Shown: in pieces, positions 32,101-40,628 of the stretch
Position numbering within the stretch: the stretch's first letter is position 1
How the letters are laid out: each line of letters opens with the position of its first letter
Assembly (NCBI RefSeq): GCF_001194135.2
Contig: NC_069005.1
Coordinates: 14,536,095-14,576,722, forward strand
Length of the DNA stretch: 40,628 nt
Direction of reading: 5' to 3'
From: Octopus bimaculoides
Taxonomy: Eukaryota
Position numbers and translations under genes: made by a program
The notes under the pieces: model-generated
Told to the model about the DNA's origin: nothing
The model's input: only the letters and a program-made list of their open reading frames with translations
Database searches by the model: none

Positions 32101-35100
32101 CATAAAAAATTACACAAAAGATCTTTAAATGATAAAAATCACGGTAAGATGAAGAAAATGAAGTTTTCTTCACCCTTGAATAGAAAAATTGCGATAGATA
32201 CCTCCAACACAGATTTAAAGATTGAGAAGAATATCAAACAAGATAATAATTATGAAAATGACTATGATAATAATTATAATACAAATAAATTACTGCTTAA
32301 TGTTGAAAAACACTTAATGGTTGCTCAAAATTCAATTCCATTAAGGAGAGTCAAAAAGGAGAAATGCTTATTGTATCTTAGTAAAGAAACATCTTCAGTT
32401 AATGATACAACTTTGAAACATAACCAAGCCTTTCTAACTAGTAACATAAATACAGCATTTGATAATAGTTGTAAAATAAAAAGTGAGCCAACTGTCAATA
32501 ACAATAAGAGGAAGATCAGTTCAGATACTGTTGAACTCAGCAAAGAGACAACTGGCCCAGGTGTTAAAATCACAATAGTGAAGGCTGACTCAGATGTTGA
32601 AATTAGTAAGGTAAAGACTGGCTCACCTCTTGATAATAGTAAAACAAAGACTGGCTCACCTGTCCATAACAGTAAAACAAAGACTGGCTCACCTGTCGAT
32701 AACAGTAAAACAAAGACTGGCTCACCTGTCCATAACAGTAAAACAAAGACTGGCTCACCTGTCGATAACAGTAAAACAAAGACTGGNNNNNNNNNNNNNN
32801 NNNNNNNNNNNNNNNNNNNNNNNNNNNNNNNNNNNNNNNNNNNNNNNNNNNNNNNNNNNNNNNNNNNNNNNNNNNNNNNNNNNNNNNNNNNNNNNNNNNN
32901 NNNNNNNNNNNNNNNNNNNNNNNNNNNNNNNNNNNNNNNNNNGAAGACTGGCTTGGCTGTTGATAGCAGTAAAGCAAAGACTGGCGCAGCTGTTGATAAC
33001 AGTAAAGCAAAGACTGGCGCAGCTGTTGATAACAGTAAAGTGAAGACTGGCTCAGCTGTCGATAGCAGTAAAGCAAAGACTAGCTTGGCTGTTGATAGTA
33101 GTAAAGCAAAGATTGGCGCAGCTGTTGATAACAGTAAAGTGAAGACTGGCTCAGCTGTTGATAACAGTAAAGCAAAGACTGGCGCAGCTGTTGATAACAG
33201 TAAAGTGAAGACTGGCGCAGCTGTTGATAACAGTAAAGTGAAGACTGGCTCAGCTGTTGATAGCAGTAAAATGAAAACTGGCTCGGCTGTCGATAGCAGT
33301 AAAGCAAAGACTGGCTTGGCTACTGATAGTAGTAAAGCAAAGACTGGTGCAGCTGTTGATAACAGTAAAGCGAAGACTGGCTCAGCTGTTGATAACAGTA
33401 AAGTGAAGACTGTCTTGGCTGTTGATAGTAGTAAAGTGAAGACTGGTTTGGCTGTTGTTGAGAGCAGTAAAGTGAAGACTGTCTTGGCTGTTGATAGCAG
33501 TAAAGTGAAGACTGGTTTGGCTGTTGTTGAGAGCAATAAAGTGAAGACTGTCTTGGCTGTTGATAGTAGTAAAGTGAAAACTGGTTTGGCTGTTGTTGAG
33601 AGCAGTAAAGTGAAGACTGTCTTGGCTGTTGATAGCAGTAAAGTGAAGACTGGTTTGGCTGTTGTTGAGAGCAATAAAGTGAAGACTGGCTTGGCTGTTG
33701 AGAGCAATAAAGTGAAGACTGGCTTGGCTGTTGAGAGCAATAAAGTGAAGACTGTCTNNNNNNNNNNNNNNNNNNNNNNNNNNNNNNNNNNNNNNNNNNN
33801 NNNNNNNNNNNNNNNNNNNNNNNNNNNNNNNNNNNNNNNNNNNNNNNNNNNNNNNNNNNNNNNNNNNNNNNNNNNNNNNNNNNNNNNNNNNNNNNNNNNN
33901 NNNNNNNNNNNNNNNNNNNNNNNNNNNNNNNNNNNNNNNNNNNNNNNNNNNNNNNNNNNNNNNNNNNNNNNNNNNNNNNNNNNNNNNNNNNNNNNNNNNN
34001 NNNNNNNNNNNNNNNNNNNNNNNNNNNNNNNNNNNNNNNNNNNNNNNNNNNNNNNNNNNNNNNNNNNNNNNNNNNNNNNNNNNNNNNNNNNNNNNNNNNN
34101 NNNNNNNNNNNNNNNNNNNNNNNNNNNNNNNNNNNNNNNNNNNNNNNNNNNNNNNNNNNNNNNNNNNNNNNNNNNNNNNNNNNNNNNNNNNNNNNNNNNN
34201 NNNNNNNNNNNNNNNNNNNNNNNNNNNNNNNNNNNNNNNNNNNNNNNNNNNNNNNNNNNNNNNNNNNNNNNNNNNNNNNNNNNNNNNNNNNNNNNNNNNN
34301 NNNNNNNNNNNNNNNNNNNNNNNNNNNNNNNNNNNNNNNNNNNNNNNNNNNNNNNNNNNNNNNNNNNNNNNNNNNNNNNNNNNNNNNNNNNNNNNNNNNN
34401 NNNNNNNNNNNNNNNNNNNNNNNNNAACTGGTTTGGCTGTTGTTGAGAGCAGTAAAGTGAAGACTGTCTTGGCTGTTGATAGCAGTAAAGTGAAGACTGG
34501 TTTGGCTGTTGTTGAGAGCAATAAAGTGAAGACTGGCTTGGCTGTTGAGAGCAATAAAGTGAAGACTGTCTTGGCTGTTGATAGCAGTAAAGTGAAGACT
34601 GGTTTGGCTGTTGTTGAGAGCAGTAAAGTGAAGACTGGCCCGGCTGTTGAGAGCAGTATGGTGAAGATTGGCTTGGCTGTTAAGAGCAATAAAGTGAAGA
34701 CTGGCTTGGCTGTTGTTGAGAGCAATAAAGTGAAGACTGGTTTGGCTGTTGAGAGCAGTACAGCAAAGACTGGCTTGGCTGTTGAGAGCAGTATGGTGAA
34801 GATTAGCTTGACTGTTGATAGCAGTAAAGCGAAGACTGGCTCGGCTGTTGTTAGCAGTAAAATGAAGACTGGCGCGGCTGTTGATAGCAGTATGGTGAAG
34901 ATTGGCTTGATTGTTGAGAGCAATAAAGTGAAGACTGGCTTAACTGTTAAGAGCAATAAGGTGAAGACTGGCTCAGATGCTGAAGTCAGTAAGGTGACAA
35001 CTGACCCTAAAGTCACTAAGGTGAAGACTGAATTAGCTGTTGATATCTGTACTGTAGAAAATGGTTCTGATGTTGAAATTAGTGAGGTGAAAAGTAGCTT

Positions 35101-36688
35101 AAATATTGACATCAAGAGAATGAAAAGAAAAGGTGGTTTGGATATTCGGGTGAGTAAGGTAAAGACCAACTCAGATATTGAAACCATCAGTAAGATGGAA
35201 ACTGATTCAACCGTCAGTTGTCATAAGGTGAAGTCTGGCTGCCCTGTTGGAATCAATAAGATGAAGACTGATCCAACTGCCAGTAGCAAAAAGGTGAAGA
35301 TTGACTCAACTGTTAAAGCTACTAAAGTGAAGAATGAATCAAATGTTGGTAACAGGAAACAATCCACAGTCAAAAATGCCCGTAAAAGACATTTGTCGAG
35401 TGAAGTTACATCTAATAAGAAAAAAGTTCGTGTAAAATGTAGTACTGACAGTCAAGACAAAAAGAATGGATCAAGTCCCAATGGCTGTCATAGGATAAAG
35501 AATGCTGTATATTTTGATATTTCCAGTAAGAAAGATTTGTCGGCTACCAACATTTCTTGTAGGAAAACTATCACAACAAAATCTAACAGTTCATTTAAAT
35601 ATGTCGATAGTTCTGTTACTCTTAATAAGAACAAAAACGTAACAAATGTCAGCAATTCTAGTAAGAAAATACTCAGCACCTCCACTTCCAGTGTAGTATT
35701 ATCTAAAGCTGATAGTTCCAGTAAAAAGATTCTATCTTGTGCTCACACTTCTGATGTAAAATCTTCATCTAAAGCCAACACAGCCAATAAAAAGATTTTA
35801 TCTAAAGCTGACACATCCAGTAAAAAGATTTTATCTAAAGCCAACACATCCAGTAAAAAGATTTTATCTAAAGCCAACACATCCAATAAAAAGATTTTAT
35901 CTAAAGCTGATACATCCAGTAAAAAGATTTTATCTAAAGCCAACACATCCAATAAAAAGATTTTATCTAAAGCTGACACATCCAATAAAAAGATTTTATC
36001 TAAAGCCAACACATCCAATAAAAAGATTTTATCTAAAGCTGACACATCCAGTAAAAAGGACTTATCTAAAGCCAACACTCAAAGCAAAAAGATTTTATCT
36101 AAATCTAATATGTCCACAAACAAAATGTTGTCGATAGTTGACACTTCCCAGAACAAGACTTCATCTAAAGCCAACATATCTGTTAAGCCTGTACAAAATA
36201 ACACTAACATTTCCAATAAGAATACTTTGACAAATGCAAATGTTTCACAGAAGGGAAGGGCTGATACTACTACTACCACTTCATTTACTGGGGTGGTACA
36301 TCAAAGTGTTTCTGCCTCCAAGAGAGGCTCAGATGCTGTTAGAAAATCTAGTAAAGTAGCAGCCAGTTCTAAAAAATGTAAATTATGTGAATTCACATCA
36401 TTGAAGATCTTTAAACTGATAAAGCACATGACTGTGAAACATGCCAAACAATATAAAGACTTCATTACAGAAAAAGAAATAAAAATTATAAAAGATGCAA
36501 TTGTCAAGAACTCTAGAAACGAGTATGTTTGTCCATTTTGCAAGCATTGTTGTAGCATTCGCACAGATTGTAAATTACACATATATCACAAGCATTTGCA
36601 TTTAAAAACTCTGAAGTGCAACCAGTGCATGTTTTTTACAAGGTTCCCATTTCAGCTAGAACATCACCTTTCATTTCATTTGAAATAA
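29119..36688 (+). CDS. Large multi-C2H2 zinc-finger protein (~2,500 aa, ~12 dispersed fingers, central 11-aa repeats), single coding exon
   Basis: Acceptor TTTTCCTTTTTCTGTATATTTACAG ends at 29103; ACAATGG start at 29119. ORFs 29104-34446 and 34433-36688 join across the N gap 33758-34425 with the same repeat on both sides. Fingers include CLICYKKF..HILWH, CMVTGC..HLKRLH, CTHC..HLKIH, CSYC..HLSLSH, CNLC..HILQYH, CFKC..HYQHKH, CKLC..HMTVKH, CPFC..HIYHKH, CNQC..HLSFH. An upstream coding exon cannot be excluded. Confidence 0.88.
32605..34990 (+). repeat. Coding minisatellite, 33/36-bp units (KTGSPVDNSKT / KTGLAVDSSKV / KTGLAVVESSKV)
   Basis: Direct reading; two assembly gaps lie inside the array. 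Confidence 0.95.
35768..36097 (+). repeat. Coding minisatellite, ~10 x 33 bp (SKA[D/N]TS[S/N]KKIL)
   Basis: TCTAAAGC(T/C)(G/A)ACACATCCA(G/A)TAAAAAGATTTTA repeated. Confidence 0.95.
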
Positions 36689-37704
36689 GAATATTAGGAA
36701 AACCAGAGCCTGGCATTGTTCAGTTGGAAATTTCACAGGAGTTGAGATTAAAAATGTAAACATCTTGTAAAATAGCAATGGGTTACAGCTAGGACAATAG
36801 AGCACTGTCTAGATGCAAATGTCGAAATGTTTAGTTTTGTCCTTCCAGTTTCTAAGTTCAAAATTTACAGAGATTCTAAATGACAGTCGTATTTCTGCAG
36901 GGTCGAGGTTAGTTTAATTAGCTGGATCTCTTCTCTGAAAGTGGCCTTGTGCGTGTGTAATTTATAATTCACTAAATATATTCTAATTATAAACAGGGAA
37001 AACAAAGTATGAGTTTAGCTTAAAAAAATATATTCGTTTTCAGTCCCATAAGCTCTTCTAGGTTTTAAACAGTTCATAGATCTGCACTTTGAGCTGTTTT
37101 GCTAAAACGCTGCTTTCTAGAATTTGCAGCAAAATAAGTCTTATTTTATGCTTCTAACTGGTCCATAAAGCTAGCTTTCAAAGTAACTTGTTTTACAACT
37201 GTAAATAATGATAACTAAACCTTCAACAACCAATATCCTCAGTTGATTTTATTCTGAGGGTAATAAAAGTGGTTGCTTTTGGGCCATACAGAAACGATAC
37301 ATTGAAAGGTCATGTTACTGGTTATTTTTTACTGTGAGGGTAGAAACACCATACAAAGGTTATATAAATATTTGAGCAAACTATGATCAGAAGTCACATT
37401 TGATTCCAAATTAAAACTATTTTGCATTGCTTCCCATTGCCAAGAACTTTGACGGATATTCATTTACCAATTATTGATCACAAAATGCAGCGTGAGCATT
37501 TGGTATTTAGTTCATTTGTATAAGATTAATCTGTTTCATCAGTTGTATATTAAATGTTCTCCTTGTTTATATTTCATAATGAATAAATCAGTATTTTCTT
37601 AATTTCTTCTCATTTTAATTTAAAAAAAAAAGATTTCTTTCATTAACTATTTTTGCTGCAGAAATCAGAAATATTCACTCAAAAAAAAAAAAAAAAATTC
37701 ATTA

Positions 37705-38084
37705 AGGTGGCTGTGTGTTAAGAAGCTTGCTTCCCAACCACATGGTTCCAGGTTCAGTCCCACTGTGTGGCATCTTGGGCAAGTGTCTTCTACTATATAG
37801 CCTCAGGCTGACCAAAGCCTTGCGAGTGGATTTGGTTGATGGAAACTGAAAAAAGCCTGTCTATGTATATATATCTATGTGCATATCTTTGTGTCTGTGT
37901 TTGTCTCCTCCATCACTTGACAACTGGTGTTGGTGTGTTTACGTCCCTGTAACTTAGCAGTTCAGCAAGGGACCAATAAAATAATAGGCTTAAAAAGTAA
38001 GCACTGGGGTCACTACATTCAACTAAAAATTCACGGCAGTGCCCCAGCAAAGCTGCTGTCTAATGGCTGAAATAGGTAAAAGAT
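37705..38084 (+). mobile_element. SINE family C copy
   Basis: GTGGCTGTGTGTTAAGAAGCTTGCTTCCCAACCACATGGTTCCAGGTTCAGTCCCACTG...GGCAGTGCCCCAGC. Confidence 0.8.
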
Positions 38085-38366
38085 TAACTCAAGAAAGCAA
38101 TTTTATACACCAATGTAAAATGAGGAATGTCATGTTTGAAACTTTTTTTACTTTTGCAAAATGTAAAAATGCAAAGTTTATTAAGACGACTTGCAGAAAA
38201 TATATGTGTGGGAGAGAGAGTACATGTTTATGTCTGCTTGTCTCGAAAAGGATAGTCAAGCTGTAAATGAATGTCGCTGTCATACAAACAGTATCGTTGA
38301 GTTCCAACATTCTGAAATAACATCACTAGTCATGAGGAAATATTACCTTACTTGGAAACTAGTAAG

Positions 38367-38465
38367 GGTTGGCAACAGGATGGGTGTCTGGCTGTAGAAA
38401 ATCTGCCTTGACAAAATTCCAGCTAAACCATGCGAGCATGGAAAAGTGGTTGTTAAAACAATGAA
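38367..38465 (+). mobile_element. SINE-like family A 3' fragment
   Basis: GGTTGGCAACAGGATGGGTGTCTGGCTGTAGAAAATCTGCC...GCATGGAAAAGTGGTTGTTAAAACAATGA. Confidence 0.6.
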
Positions 38466-38637
38466 TTAAGTGGTTAATTATTAATTCCCTACTGTGATCA
38501 GCAGTGTTGTGTAATTAAGCTATTGCTTTTGCTAGGTTTGTGTGTTGAGTTCAAAATGTTTTTGAGGCTGGAACATCTAACATGAAGTAATTTTACTTCC
38601 TCCTTCTGATGGAATGGAGAAAAAAAGCGCCTTTGAT

Positions 38638-39027
38638 TTAACTCTTTAGTATTTAAACCAGCCATATCAAGCTTGATATCCAGTAAGTTCACTGCAGGGA
38701 AAGTTCATCATCATCAATTCACTATTATTTTTCAACAAAATAGTTTTAACTATTAATGGTGAGATACTATGGATATATTTTCTCAGTAAACTTTCCTCAT
38801 GGTGAAATGATGGTGGTGAACTTACCTGTAATCATCAAGCCCAAATATTATACCTGTTTTATGCTCAAACTGACCATATCTGGCCTCTCACAGCTAGCCT
38901 ACAATGTCATTTTAAAAATAAACAATCTCATAGTTAAAATCTCAAAGTTACAAGATAATGTATGATTATTTCAACATAATGTGAATAAATGAGCATTACA
39001 TTTGACATCTGAAAGCTAAAAGGTTAA
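38638..39027 (+). mobile_element. TTAA-type MITE interrupted by a ~160-bp nested insert (38673-38833)
   Basis: TTAACTCTTTAGTATTTAAACCAGCCATATC ... GCTAAAAGGTTAA; insert flanked by ATCAAGC direct repeats. Confidence 0.7.
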
Positions 39028-39247
39028 TTTGTAACCATTGACATACAGAATTGCAGATTGTTGCATAAAATTTCTTAAATTACCATTTAGATTTGAACAT
39101 AGAATCTGGTAGTTAAGTGACAGGAGTATTGAGGGGCAAAAACTATAAATGTACTGGATTAATTTAACTTTTTATTTTCTCGTTGCTATATCTGGAGGAA
39201 GGAGTGTTGTCCAAGGCCTCACAAGACCTTGTTGATATTTTGCTAAA

Positions 39248-39671
39248 ATAAGATGGCAGAACTGTTAGCACACTGGGTGAATTGCATCATGGCATTTCGT
39301 CAGTCTTCGTGTTCTGAGTTCAAATGCTGTCAGGGTCAACTTTGCCTTTCATCCTTTCAGGATTGATAAAATAAGTACCAGTTGTGATCAATGTAATCGA
39401 CTTACTCCCACCCATGAAACTGCAGGCCTTGTGCCAAAATTTGAAACCAATATTCTGCTTAAATAAGGCGGCAAGCTGGAAAAATTGTTAGCACACTGGG
39501 TGAAATGCTTTGTGGCATTTTATCCATCTTCATGTTCCAAGTTCAAATTCCATTGAGGTTGGCTTTGCTTTTCATCCTTTTGGGGTTGAGCATTGGGGCC
39601 AATGGAATCGACTTACCCCTCCTCCAAAATTGCTGGCCTTGTGCCAACATTTGAACCAATATTCTGCTTAA
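39248..39671 (+). mobile_element. Head-to-tail dimer of SINE family B
   Basis: Two copies of GTTAGCACACTGGGTGAA...GTTCAAAT...TTTCATCCTTT...GGCCTTGTGCCAA...TTTGAA. Confidence 0.8.
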
Positions 39672-40069
39672 GCTGCTGTTTATTACAAGTTGACACCCAT
39701 TGGTAAGACATAAGTAAAGAAGAAATTCTGAGATAGAAAGACTTAGCATAAAGGTTAGTGGCAGGGGTTGGATGATGAGAGGATAAACGAATGAATAGAG
39801 GTGACATGATACCAAGCAGCTACAGCACTGTCCTGGACATTAATGATTTGGAATCTCTTATAATTCTCACTAATTTATGAGCAGAAGCTTAAAATTCCCA
39901 CAGCTACCAGGCAAGTCTACTTGACAGCCCTGTTTCACAGTACAGTATTAGTAAATTCATTTATACTAATGTATAGGTACCCTATTTCTGACTTCCTGGA
40001 CACTGATGGTCCAGAACCCCTTATAATATGTACTAATTTAAGAGCAGGAGTTTGAAATTCCTGTAGCTG

Positions 40070-40210
40070 CCAGAATGGATGCATCCGTCTTTATGTTTTG
40101 AGTTCAAATACCTCCAAGGTCGACTTCATTTTTTCGGGGTTGATAAAATAAATACCAGTTGAATCGTGGAGTCGATGTAATTTACTTACCCCACTTTTAA
40201 AATTGCTGGT
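40070..40210 (+). mobile_element. SINE family B copy
   Basis: TGAGTTCAAATACCTCCAAGGTCGACTTC...ATACCAGTTGAATCGTGGAGTCGATGTAAT...AAAATTGCTGG. Confidence 0.7.
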
Positions 40211-40477
40211 TCTGTTGTATCTGGGCAGAGTCATTCTCTTTTAGTACCTTGTAATTTAACATACTCACCGGTAAAATTTCCACGCATTTGCTTATTTATT
40301 TTTATAAACTTTCCGCTGCATCTTGCAACCTTTTCAATAGTTGTTGAAAACTACTGAAAAGGCTGCAAGATGCAACGAAAATTTTAGAAAAATAAGTAAT
40401 TGAGTGGAAATTTCACCAGTGAGTGTGTTTAATTAGAAGGCACTAAAAGAGAATGACACTCCCCAGATACAACAGAA
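40210..40477. mobile_element. 268-bp fold-back MITE, palindromic along almost its whole length
   Basis: TTCTGTTGTATCTGGGCAGAGTCATTCTCTTTTAGTACCTT... versus (rc) TTCTGTTGTATCTGGGGAGTGTCATTCTCTTTTAGTGCCTT...; pairing continues to the centre near 40340. Confidence 0.85.
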
Positions 40478-40628
40478 TATGCTTCAACACATGAGCTCAC
40501 ATAAAGAATCTTGTAAACCAAACCCCAAAACGAAATAAAATTGCTGGCCTTCTGCCAAAAATCGTAAAGGAAAAAAACCCAAGTTCCCAGAAAAGGGTGG
40601 TGTTTTTTTTTTTTTTTTTTTTTTTTTT

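Noticed and set aside
34426-34446. Apparent frameshift or stop splitting the zinc-finger gene in two
   Set aside because: The frame change coincides with an estimated-length N gap; the same repeat continues in frame on the other side.
32325-35187. Long antisense ORFs (471 aa, 601 aa) and 35743-36078
   Set aside because: They are shadows of the 33-bp coding repeats and N gaps (LLLSTAKPVF / LDKIFLLDV); there is no independent coding evidence.
32605-36097. Regular 33-36-bp repeats as a CRISPR-like array
   Set aside because: The units are contiguous, in frame and lack unique spacers; eukaryotic coding minisatellite.

Overview
AT-rich animal genomic DNA with six N gaps (3539-3735, 4771-4870, 9549-9947, 11589-11598, 32787-32942, 33758-34425). 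The (TA)n/(CA)n microsatellites and SINE families are most consistent with an octopus; this is my recognition, not a database result. One host gene is well supported: a roughly 2,500-aa multi-C2H2 zinc-finger protein encoded by one giant + strand exon (ATG 29119, TAA 36688) that contains two Lys/Ser/Thr-rich 11-residue coding tandem repeats. The rest is mostly transposon-derived: a decayed CsRn1-clade Gypsy element, a hAT transposase relic, a deleted Tc1, a deleted two-gene THAP+SAP (ISL2EU-like) DNA transposon, several MITEs and four SINE families. The most unusual signal is three minimal type I hammerhead ribozyme motifs (660-742 minus, 2343-2388 plus, 14372-14408 plus). The first lies downstream of a pol-less, CCHC-knuckle gag-like ORF that is bracketed by ~130-bp inverted repeats (368-3100), a candidate non-autonomous 'gag + ribozyme' retroelement. 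All folds and alignments were done by eye and need computational confirmation.
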